A stretch of DNA of 62,394 nucleotides, filler included. It is 4 parts of 4 records of this genome, joined end to end, with 100 filler letters (N's around TTAATTAATTAA, not from the genome) between each part and the next. Parts side by side here need not be neighbours in the genome. Positions count along the whole stretch, not along the records: positions 17,210 to 41,633 come from SRR31147125_5383; 3 more parts are not named here. One strand, 5' to 3'. Positions 19,325 to 28,608 of this stretch are shown here, piece after piece. The translations under genes were made by a program, and so were the position numbers. Below the pieces are notes generated by a model. The model made no database searches, was not told the DNA's origin, and worked only from the letters and a program-made list of their open reading frames with translations. The first letter of the stretch is position 1; each line of letters starts with the position of its first letter.

Positions 19325-19347
19325 CAAACTCCTCCTTAATGCAATCG

Positions 19348-19719
19348 TTATTTGCCTTCAGCGTATCCGATTGTGTATTCTTTTACAGGGTTGCCATTAA
19401 CAATATGTTCTGCTACTATTTTGCCAACCATACTTTGGTCAACTTGAACATAAGTAACTTTTTCTTGACCTTCTTTATAAACTTCTACAATTGGCTCAAG
19501 TCTGCAAACACCGATACAACCAGTTTGACTAACTCTAACATCTTTAAGTTGTCTTTTGTCAACTTCTTCAATGAGTGCTGTAAGTACAGGTCTTGCTCCA
19601 GCAGCGATTCCGCATGTTGCCATACCAACTACTATTCTTGTGCCGTCTTTTTCTGTTCTAATATTAACATCTTTAATTGCTTTGTTTCTGATAGCTTCTA
19701 ATTCAGCTAATGATTTCAT
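19348..19719 (-). CDS. hydD: Thioredoxin-like [2Fe-2S] ferredoxin subunit (HydD)
   Basis: VGMATCGIAAGA, TGCIGVCRLEP. Confidence 0.88.
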   Translation of the reverse strand: MKSLAELEAIRNKAIKDVNIRTEKDGTRIVVGMATCGIAAGARPVLTALIEEVDKRQLKDVRVSQTGCIGVCRLEPIVEVYKEGQEKVTYVQVDQSMVGKIVAEHIVNGNPVKEYTIGYAEGK

Positions 19720-20270
19720 TACAGTTTACCTCCGAAAACATTCGTAATTGATTCTCTCAAATTCTCTCTAATCCACGTCGAAACATCCGAATTATCAAGT
19801 GTGACAGGATGAAGTGCTTTTTTTATCTCTCTTGTATCAAATTCATATTCCTCTTTGTCATATTTCAACTCTATGCAAAAATTTAAATCAGGATTTGAAA
19901 CAACGAGTATATGTAACGAATCAGCTAGCTCACCTAATGGAGGTCTGTCTATATGTGAAATACTCATATTCACATTTAGTGAAGTTCCATAACCAAGCTT
20001 AGATTCTATAAAAAGTTCACCATCACATTTTTCAGCAGTATCTTTGAACATAGGAATCCCTAAACCAACTTTTCTAGTAGTTCTAGAAGTTTTAAAAGGA
20101 TCACATACTTTGCTTAAAAACTCTTCGCTCATGCCTTTACCATTATCTTTTATTTTAGTCTTTAAAATGTCATTTTCTGAGTCAGCGCTAATTAAAAGTT
20201 CTATTAATGTAGCTTCAGCTTTTATTGAGTTTTGAACAATATCCAATATATGTTCAGATATTTCTCTCAT
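19719..20270 (-). CDS. HATPase_c (histidine-kinase-like ATPase) protein in the hydrogenase operon
   Basis: DIVQNSI (N box), DNGKGM (G1), DPFKTSR, GLGIP (G2), HIDRPPLG; no HisKA domain. Confidence 0.88.
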   Translation of the reverse strand: MREISEHILDIVQNSIKAEATLIELLISADSENDILKTKIKDNGKGMSEEFLSKVCDPFKTSRTTRKVGLGIPMFKDTAEKCDGELFIESKLGYGTSLNVNMSISHIDRPPLGELADSLHILVVSNPDLNFCIELKYDKEEYEFDTREIKKALHPVTLDNSDVSTWIRENLRESITNVFGGKL

Positions 20271-20273
20271 GGT

Positions 20274-20747
20274 TTAGTATTTTTCCAAAATAGATGTTAC
20301 TTCGTCTGGAGTCAATCTTCCATAAACCTTATCATCAATCATGATCGCAGGTGCAAGACCACAACATCCGATACATCTTGTAGCTTCAAGCGTAAACTTT
20401 CCATCTTCAGTTGTTTTGCCAACTTCAACTTTAAGTTCTTTTGCAAATTTGTCTAGTATTGGCTGCGCATTTTTAACATAGCATGCAGTACCCATACAAA
20501 CACCAATAATGTGCTCTCCCTTTGGCTCTAAAGCAAATTGAGAATAGAATGTTGCAACACCATAAACATCAGTCATAGGTATACCAAGTTCATCAGCTAT
20601 TACATCTTGAACCTCAATTGGAAGATAACCAAAGATGCCTTGTGCTTTTTGCATAATTGGCATTAAAGGACCTTTTGTGTCCTTAATACTTTCAATAAAC
20701 TCTTTTAGCTCATCGAACTTAGCTTTATCAGCATTAATTTTTGACAT
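20274..20747 (-). CDS. hydC: NuoE-like [2Fe-2S] subunit HydC
   Basis: GVATFYSQF, VCMGTACYVK, RCIGCCGLAP. Confidence 0.92.
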   Translation of the reverse strand: MSKINADKAKFDELKEFIESIKDTKGPLMPIMQKAQGIFGYLPIEVQDVIADELGIPMTDVYGVATFYSQFALEPKGEHIIGVCMGTACYVKNAQPILDKFAKELKVEVGKTTEDGKFTLEATRCIGCCGLAPAIMIDDKVYGRLTPDEVTSILEKY

Positions 20748-20803
20748 GTAAAAACCTCCGTTATATTAATTTTTATATAAATATTAATCGACTTAGCAAT
20801 TGA

Positions 20804-20821
20804 TTGATAAATATATCACAA
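20804..20821. promoter_or_regulatory. Rex-like operator 1 (TTGATAAATATATCACAA)
   Basis: 18-bp match to the TTGTKAA-N4-TTMACAA Rex consensus, upstream of hydC. Confidence 0.6.
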
Positions 20822-20845
20822 TTGCTTTGAATATTGTAGCATACT

Positions 20846-20863
20846 TTGTTAATAAAATCACTA
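20846..20863. promoter_or_regulatory. Rex-like operator 2 (TTGTTAATAAAATCACTA)
   Basis: 18-bp match to the Rex consensus, 42 bp from the first site. Confidence 0.62.
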
Positions 20864-21061
20864 TATATTTTTTTAAATTTTTGAAATTTATTTATATTTA
20901 AATACATTAAGATTATAATTTACCAACTTATGCAAAAATATTAGTTTCACTGGTAATTATATATTTTTGTAATAATAAAAAATCAATATTAATATACATT
21001 TATCAAGATAACTAAATATCTAAAATAACGCTACAATTGAAAACGAAAGGTAGATTTAGCT

Positions 21062-21358
21062 ATGTATCTAGAAGAACCTAAAACAAACGAGATAAAGAAT
21101 CATAAAATAATAATTGATTGTAGAAAAAAAGTTAATATTACAAGTGTTCAGGATGTAGATAGTTTTAATGAAAGTGAAATCATTTTAATGACCACAGCTG
21201 GCGCAATTACAATATCTGGTGAAGATCTGCATATTACAAAATTGAACCTCGAAGAAGGGTTGCTAGTAATTGAAGGACTCATTCAATCCTTAGATTATAA
21301 TGACCATGAGTTAGAAAGACAATCGTCCAAAGGCTTTTTGTCAAAGATGTTCAGTTAG
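21062..21358 (+). CDS. yabP: Sporulation protein YabP
   Basis: H.I....RKK..ITSV.DVDSFNE.EI.L.T.AG...I.GEDLHI.KLNLE.G...IEG, C-terminal GFLSKMF. Confidence 0.88.
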   Translation: MYLEEPKTNEIKNHKIIIDCRKKVNITSVQDVDSFNESEIILMTTAGAITISGEDLHITKLNLEEGLLVIEGLIQSLDYNDHELERQSSKGFLSKMFS

Positions 21359-21377
21359 GTCAGTTAGGAGGTAGGTA

Positions 21378-21716
21378 ATGGATGCTACATTGAACCAACC
21401 ATATATTTTTTTAGCAACAGTATATACGGGGTTGTTGATTGGTCTTTTATATGATATATATCGCGGCTTAAGAATGATGATGAAATATAAAAGGTGGATA
21501 ACAATAGTATCGGATTGTCTTTTTTCTATTTCTGGATTAACTGTTGTTGCAGGAGTTTTATATATAGTAAACAGCGGAACTTTAAGAATATATATGTTTA
21601 TAGGGTTTATCCTTGGTTTTTCACTATATATTATTGGTATAAGTCCCTTACTTAATTTTTTAGCAAAAAGAATCATTGGATTTTTAGCAAAAGATAAAAA
21701 CAAACAAAAAGTATAA
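21378..21716 (+). CDS. yabQ: Spore cortex protein YabQ
   Basis: Hydrophobic, with GLLYDIYR, D.LF and NSG.LR.Y motifs; directly follows yabP. Confidence 0.82.
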   Translation: MDATLNQPYIFLATVYTGLLIGLLYDIYRGLRMMMKYKRWITIVSDCLFSISGLTVVAGVLYIVNSGTLRIYMFIGFILGFSLYIIGISPLLNFLAKRIIGFLAKDKNKQKV

Positions 21717-21720
21717 TCAA

Positions 21721-22212
21721 TCAACCAGCAATCAGCTTTAAATTACTTTCAGCAAGTTCAGTACCACTTTTTGTTTTAAACAACATATCAACAGATTTTA
21801 TTAAAGCATTTTTAGCTATGTTGCCTTCTAAAGCATTAACAATCAAATCTGATTCAATAAGTATTTGATGATTATTATTATCTATACCCTTATAAGTATG
21901 GTGTTTAGAAATTATAAAGCATATTTCGTCAATAAGGTCCTCTCTAAAAGAGTGCTTTTCTAAAATTTGCTTTGCAATTATGTATCCTTCACTTTGTTGT
22001 AGTTGACCGTTCGTACTGTTGTACTTTTGCTCGCAAGCTTTTATTCCGATATCGTGCAAAATACCTGCTGTTTCTAATACAAATCTATTTTCATCTGTTA
22101 AGTTTTCTTTCTTAGCTATGGTTTTACAAAAAGAATGAACTTTTAAAGCATGTTCAATTCTTCTATCGTCACCATTGTTTATTTGCATCATTTCAAATAT
22201 AATATTATTCAT
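21721..22212 (-). CDS. HD-domain phosphohydrolase
   Basis: RIEHALKVH, ILHDIG, ISKHH, LIESDL. Likely start ATG 22212, just after the upstream stop. Confidence 0.85.
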   Translation of the reverse strand: MNNIIFEMMQINNGDDRRIEHALKVHSFCKTIAKKENLTDENRFVLETAGILHDIGIKACEQKYNSTNGQLQQSEGYIIAKQILEKHSFREDLIDEICFIISKHHTYKGIDNNNHQILIESDLIVNALEGNIAKNALIKSVDMLFKTKSGTELAESNLKLIAG

Positions 22213-22213
22213 G

Positions 22214-22786
22214 TTATTTTCTTGCCTTTTTTTGTAATATAATATAAAAAGAATCATTCTCATCAATTTCGGAATATTCTTGATATTTTACAATGTCATA
22301 CCATGTAGAGGACAATTTTAAAACGCTTTCCTTTGTTTGATAATTAAAATACAACCCATCATGAACTGCACACCCAGTATTTTTCCAAAAAGTATGAAAA
22401 ACTTGTCCGCTGTCTTTTAATACTTTTGATTGATTTTTAAATGATTTTTTTAGTTCGCTGTTATTTAAATGAATTAAGACCTTGTTCGAATATATGTAAT
22501 CGAATGTATCATCTATATCCATAGTGATCGCATCAAGTTGTACTAATTTTGCTTCAGCATCTTTCTTTCTATACTCGTTTAAAAAATGTGGTGAATTATC
22601 ACTTCCAACTATGTCAAATTCTTTTTTTAGTATCTCAAACTCTTTTCCTGCTCCCATGCCTAGTTCTAGTAGCTTTGTTTTATGCTTAAGGTTTACAAAT
22701 ATCTCATGTAATAAATATTCGTTGTTTTCGGCCTCAACCATTTTTATATATTGAATAACATTTTCTTTATTATTAAAATACTCCAC
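22214..22786 (-). CDS. Class I SAM-dependent methyltransferase
   Basis: LLELGMGAG motif I, GSDNS, FDYIYSNKVLIHL; GTG start with GAGGTG RBS. Confidence 0.85.
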   Translation of the reverse strand: MEYFNNKENVIQYIKMVEAENNEYLLHEIFVNLKHKTKLLELGMGAGKEFEILKKEFDIVGSDNSPHFLNEYRKKDAEAKLVQLDAITMDIDDTFDYIYSNKVLIHLNNSELKKSFKNQSKVLKDSGQVFHTFWKNTGCAVHDGLYFNYQTKESVLKLSSTWYDIVKYQEYSEIDENDSFYIILQKKARK

Positions 22787-22888
22787 TCGTCACCTCATAA
22801 ACTATTATACATATAAATTCTATATCTGTAGTATTTTATCCAAAGATATACTATAATATAACATATTTATTAAAAAGGTGTTACCCAA

Positions 22889-23371
22889 ATGAAAGATATT
22901 GTTGTAAAGTTTATAAATAGTTTAAATATTGAATTTGAATGTATAGACCATAAGCCAGCATACACAATGGCGGATTTAAAAGATTTTGATGAGAAATATA
23001 ATACTTCCTATTGTAAGAACTTATTTTTACGGAATGCGAACGGAAAACAACATTATTTGGTTGTTGTTTGTGGAGATAAAAAAGTTGATTTAAAAGATTT
23101 AGCGGGTAAAATCGGGTCAAGCAGGCTTAGTTTTGCGTCAGAAAAACGCTTGATGGATAATTTGAAGTTAGAAAAAGGACATGTTGGTCCGTTTGGGCTT
23201 ATTAATGATACAAATAAAAATGTAATACTAGTATTAGATAAGGATATAAAGGGGAAGGAAAGACTTGCTTTTCATCCAAACATTAATAGTGCAAGCATTA
23301 TACTCTCTTATGATGGCCTAATTAAATGCATGAATAAGCTAGAAACAAATATTATTGATGCAAGTATTTAA
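22889..23371 (+). CDS. proX: YbaK/ProX-family aminoacyl-tRNA editing protein
   Basis: CKNLFLRN, RLSFASE, GHVGPFGLIND, FHPNIN. Confidence 0.88.
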   Translation: MKDIVVKFINSLNIEFECIDHKPAYTMADLKDFDEKYNTSYCKNLFLRNANGKQHYLVVVCGDKKVDLKDLAGKIGSSRLSFASEKRLMDNLKLEKGHVGPFGLINDTNKNVILVLDKDIKGKERLAFHPNINSASIILSYDGLIKCMNKLETNIIDASI

Positions 23372-23373
23372 AA

Positions 23374-23398
23374 AGCAGCTGGATTATATACAGCTGCT
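23374..23398. terminator. Bidirectional terminator between proX and the YjzC-like gene
   Basis: AGCAGCTG...CAGCTGCT stem between convergent stops. Confidence 0.65.
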
Positions 23399-23404
23399 AG
23401 ATAG

Positions 23405-23569
23405 TTATATGTTTTGTTTAATATAATATTGACTTTTACCTGGAGTAGGAGGAAACGATTCTCCTCTGTCAACAGAAATATCACGAGATATTTCTAGTCC
23501 ATTTGTGTCAATAACTCTATAATCACATCCTTCTGGTGCTTTCTCACCAGGTTTCCATGTCTGTTTCAT
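23405..23569 (-). CDS. YjzC-like small protein (54 aa, not in ORF track)
   Basis: Translated by hand: MKQTWKPGEKAPEGCDYRVIDTNGLEISRDISVDRGESFPPTPGKSQYYIKQNI. KPGEKAP and GE.FPPT are YjzC signatures; GGAAGG RBS. Confidence 0.8.
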   Translation of the reverse strand: MKQTWKPGEKAPEGCDYRVIDTNGLEISRDISVDRGESFPPTPGKSQYYIKQNI

Positions 23570-23788
23570 AGGTGTTTACCTTCCTTATAATTTTATGAGC
23601 AAAAAAGTTTATATGCCTACTTTTATTATTTCAAAAATCAACAAAACTATGTATTTACAATAAAACAATAATAAAAATCAGCATACATTGGTTTTATAAT
23701 CATGTATTGAATTTTAATATAAGATATAATAATATATAAATATTGGTATTATTGTACAAATTTAAGCTTGCTATAGCTTGTAAAATAT

Positions 23789-25269
23789 ATGGGGTTCGAT
23801 ATGAAAAGTTTAAAATTTGATATAAAGATTAGTAAAAAAATATTTTTTGCTTTAACATTTATAATAATATTATCGCTGGTTGGTTTTATAACCGGATGTC
23901 AAAGGCGAGTAAAAGATGTTAGCAATGATATTGATGATACTACAGATACAAAGGTACTAGTCGAGCAAGAAATGCTTAAGTTTGAGTTTAAAGATAAGGC
24001 GTTTGAAAAAATGTTTTGTGAGTATATTGGCATTGAACCAGACATGATAAGTAAAGACGATATTAAAAGTGTAAATAATATAACTATAATAGGGGATAGC
24101 ATTTTTCTAACTAATTTTGAATATACTGATTTAACTTATTACAACTCTAAGTATTACTATATACTTGGGAAAAAATTGAATCAAAAGGTTCAATAAAATC
24201 ATTAGAAGATTTATCCATGTTTACTAATTTAGAAAAAGCAACGATACTGTTTAATGAAATAGAAAGTTTAAAGGGTATTGAAGCGTTACACTACCTAAAT
24301 TATTTAAATGTATCGTGTAATAATATTAAAGACATAGAAGGAGCTAGAGGAGTAACAAATTTAGAAAAATTGATACTATCTGGTAATGACATTGAATTGA
24401 TGGATGAAAAATATATAGAGACATGCAAATATCTAATGGATAAAACCTGTGTTGTTATGAATATGAACTTTTTAAAACAAGCTATTTCTGCAGGGGAGAC
24501 ACATTCTCTTGGGATAGATGAAGATGGAAAGATACTTATTTGTGGTCGTGCTACTAATAATAATAAGACAAGAATAACCGATTGGGAAAATATAGTGGAT
24601 GTTGCAGCGGGGAAAAATCATTCTGTTGCACTAAAACCAGATGGTACGGTTATTGCACAAGGATCAAATAAGCGTTATGGTCAATGCGAAGTTGGTCATT
24701 TAGCTAATGTGTTAAATGTTGAGGCTGGTGGCGCAAGTACAGCAGTTTTAATGCAAGATGGTATGGCAGAATCAGTTGGTCAATTCCATTTTGGACAGGA
24801 TTATTACTCAATAAGTGGTGTTTTTGTTGATATTGCTTGTGGTGATATAACAAATGCCGCAGTTACTGGATATGGTAAAGCAGATGCCGCAGGCTTTTAC
24901 GCAAATCATATTATTGAGGATTGGGATTATGTTGTTCAAGTAGAAAGCGGATATAATGAATATTACGCAAGAACAATTGACGGAATTGTTTTGTCTACAA
25001 CAGGGCAAGAATTAAGTTGGAATAGTATTATAGATATTGCAGCGGGAGAAAAGTTTGTTGCGGGTTTAAAAAATGATGGGACAGTAGAAATTGTTGCTAC
25101 TAGTGAAAGAATGACAAGCGAAGTGTCAGAGTGGAGTGGTGTTATAGCCATATATGGTGGACGCAATCATATTATTGGTCTAAAAGAAGATGGAACAGTG
25201 TTTTCTTCTGGCGATAATAGCCAAAGACAAGCAGATACGGATGGTTGGAACAATATAATGACGTATTAA
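23789..25269 (+). CDS. Lipoprotein with leucine-rich repeats and RCC1/BLIP-II repeats (one gene, frameshift at A6 24170-24175)
   Basis: Lipobox ITGC, FKD cap, LRRs (LNYLNVSCNNI, LEKLILSGNDI) and RCC1-like repeats (AAGKNHSVALKPDGTV). One extra A joins the two ORFs (IESKGSIKSLEDLSMFTNL). Confidence 0.75.
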
Positions 25270-25291
25270 TATAAGTCATTATATTAATATT

Positions 25292-25489
25292 TTAGTCAGA
25301 TTGCGTTATATTATATTGCTTAATGCTCTCGTCCTGAGGTATATATCTATGATTCTTTTTTGATACTTGTGGAAATGATTCGCCTTGAGTCAAATATATA
25401 TCCTTTTCTACGGTTAAACCATCGCTATCGATAATCGCGTATTTGCTATTTGTAGGTGAAATTTGTCCTGTTTTATAAATTTGTTTCAT
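25292..25489 (-). CDS. YjzC-like small protein (paralog of 23405-23569)
   Basis: MKQIYKTGQISP...IIDSDGL...DI....GESFP aligns without gaps to the 54-aa protein. Confidence 0.72.
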   Translation of the reverse strand: MKQIYKTGQISPTNSKYAIIDSDGLTVEKDIYLTQGESFPQVSKKNHRYIPQDESIKQYNITQSD

Positions 25490-25582
25490 ATTAAAAAGCC
25501 TTTCATATATTAATAGTAATATTATATGTAAGGCTCATTATTTTAATCAAATTTTTGTAGCTAATATATTCCATAAGTTTTT

Positions 25583-28410
25583 TTAAACTTGATTCTCAAA
25601 CATTTTTTTCAAATATTTTCCTGTGTAACTATTTTTAACTTCTGCCAACTGTCTAGGAGTACCAGATGCAACAACTTCTCCGCCGCCGTTTCCGCCTTCT
25701 GGTCCTAAATCTAAAACATAATCAGCACATTTTATAACATCTAAGTTATGCTCAATGATAACAATCGTGTTGCCTTTATCTGCTAATCTATCAATTATTC
25801 CAATAAGTCGTTTTACATCAGCCATATGAAGACCAGTTGTAGGTTCGTCCAAAATATAAAGCGTGTTTCCTGTTTGACGTTTTGATAGATACGTAGCAAG
25901 CTTTATCCTTTGAGCCTCGCCACCAGAAAGGGTAGTGGATGGTTGACCAAGCCTTATGTATGATAAACCAACATCCATAAGTACTTTTGTTATATTGTGT
26001 ATTCTTGGTATGTTCTTAAAAAACTCGTGAGCTGTTTCAACGGTCATATCTAAAACTTCATATATATTTTTTCCTTTATATTTTATTTCAAGTGTTTCAT
26101 TGTTGTATCTTTTTCCTTTGCATACTTCGCAAGGTACATAAACATCCGGTAAAAAATGCATCTCTATTTTAATTATTCCATCGCCCCTACAAGCTTCACA
26201 TCTTCCGCCCTTTACGTTAAAAGAAAACCTACCTTTATTAAAACCAGCGATCTTAGCGTCTTCAGTAGCCGCAAAAATATCTCTGATATGCGTAAACATA
26301 TTAGTGTAAGTACATGGGTTGCTGCGCGGTGTTCTGCCAATAGGTGATTGGTCAATATCTACAATTTTATCAAAATTTTCGCAACCTTCAATTTCTTTAT
26401 GAGCACCAGGTTTTACTTTTGATTTGTTTATTCTTTTAGCAAGCGACTTAAATAAAATCTCGTTAATAAGGCTAGATTTACCAGAACCAGAAACGCCAGT
26501 TACAGCATTGACTACGCCTTTTTTAAGAGTCGCATCAATATTTTTAAGGTTATTTTGCTTAGCACCTTTAATTACTAAATCACCTTTATACTCTCTTGTT
26601 TCTTTTGGGATCTCAATAGATTCTATGCCGCTTAAATATCTTCCTGTTATAGATTTTTTATCTTTCATAATTTGTTTTGGCGTTCCGCATGATATTATTT
26701 CACCACCATGCGAACCAGCACCAGGCCCTATATCTAAAACATAGTCAGATGATAAAATAGTCTCTTCGTCATGCTCTACAACAATTAAAGTATTCCCTAA
26801 GTTTTTTAGATTTTCGAGTGTACTGATCAGCTTTTGATTATCACGTTGATGAAGACCAATTGATGGTTCATCTAAAATATATAAAACACCAGTTAAACCT
26901 GAACCAATTTGTGTAGCTAACCTGATTCTCTGCGCTTCTCCACCAGAAAGAGTACCAGCAGCACGACTTAAGTTAAGGTATGAAAGACCGACATTTAAAA
27001 GAAAAGATAGTCTTTCTTTAATTTCCTTTATAACACGCTCGCCAATTATCATTTTTTGCGAGCTGAGCTTTAACTGTTCAAAAAAATCCATTGATTCTTG
27101 AATAGAAATATCGGAGATTTCAATTATATTTTTTCCACCAATTGTAACTGCCAAAGCCTCATCACGTAATCTCTTTCCACCGCATTTATCGCATTCCCTC
27201 ATAGTCATATATTCAGAATACATTTCTTTTGCTTTATCCGAAGTAGTTTCGCGATATCTTCTCTCCATGTTTCTTACTATTCCTTCAAACTTAGATTGAA
27301 AAACACCTTGACCGCGTTCGGATTTATATTCGACGGAAATATCCTCGCCATTTGTACCATAAAGCAGGATGTCCTGAACTTTCTTAGGTAAATCTTTGTA
27401 TGGAGTATCTAGAGAAAAATTATAATGTTTTGATAAAGCTAAAAAATATTGACCGCCCCAAGAATGACCCGGTTGAGAATTCCAGCCAGGAACATTTATT
27501 GCTGATTGCTTGAGTGATAAGTTTTTGTTTGGAACGACCAAATCTGGATCGATTTTAAGTTCGAAACCCAAACCATGACATGCAGGACAAGCGCCATAAG
27601 GGTTGTTGAATGAAAACATTCTTGGTGATATCTCTTCCATACTTATTCCGCAATCAGGGCAAGAAAAATCTCTGCTGAATAATTTTCAAATTCACCATCT
27701 AATGATTGGATTTTAACAAGACCGTTTGCCTCGTTTAATGCAGTTTCGAAAGAAGATGTAAGCCTTGAATTGATGCCTTCCTTTACTATGATTCTGTCTA
27801 CAACTACATCAATGGTATGTTTCTTGTTTTTTTCAAGATTAATTTCTTCTGCCAACTCATATGTTAATCCATCAACAATAACACGAGCAAAGCCAGACTT
27901 CATTAACTTCTCGAAAAGTTTTTTATATTCACCTTTTCTACCACGTATGATAGGTGCTAAAATTAATAACTTCGTTCCATCTTCAAGCTTTAATGTCTCA
28001 GATATCATCTGGTCGACACCTTGGCGTTCGATTACTTTACCGCATTTAACACAATGAGGCGTACCAGCACGTGCGTACAAAAGACGTAAGTAATCGTGGA
28101 TTTCGGTAACAGTTCCAACTGTAGACCTTGGATTTTTACTGGTTGTTTTTTGATCTATAGATATAGCAGGAGAAAGACCATCAATATGATCTACATCTGG
28201 TTTATCCATCTGACCTAAAAATTGCCTCGCATAAGCTGACAGTGATTCTACATATCTTCTTTGTCCTTCTGCATATATAGTATCAAAAGCAAGAGAAGAC
28301 TTACCTGATCCGGAAAGACCTGTAATTACAACGAGCTTGTCTCTTGGTATTTTTACATCAATATTTTTAAGGTTATGAACTCTTGCACCTTTAATAATTA
28401 TATCTTTCAT
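25583..28410 (-). CDS. uvrA: Excinuclease ABC subunit A (one gene, frameshift near 27660-27675)
   Basis: [32 protein letters not shown] twice, Zn fingers. The alternative frame restores [20 protein letters not shown]. Confidence 0.95.
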
Positions 28411-28434
28411 TTCTTTATTATCCCCATTTAATAT

Positions 28435-28446
28435 AAACTTATGTTC
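28435..28446. promoter_or_regulatory. LexA (Cheo/SOS) box upstream of uvrA
   Basis: GAACATAAGTTT on the - strand (GAAC-N4-GTTY), 25 bp from the uvrA start; weaker GAACAAACTTTT at 28499-28510. Confidence 0.65.
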
Positions 28447-28608
28447 TTAATTATATTACCAAACAAACGTAAAATAGCAAGCAATGTGCTAAAATATTAA
28501 AAGTTTGTTCGTGTTTTTGACATAATTTGATTATACATCTATTAAAAAATTATGTAAAGATGCAATTCTGCAATACTTACTTTTGCTGTTTCATGTTATA
28601 ATGTCAAA

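Noticed and set aside
23585-23620. Sporulation sigma (SigE-like) promoter upstream of the first YjzC-like gene
   Set aside because: GCATAT...CATAAAAT is present, but the spacing looks short and the region is very AT-rich; not supportable by eye.
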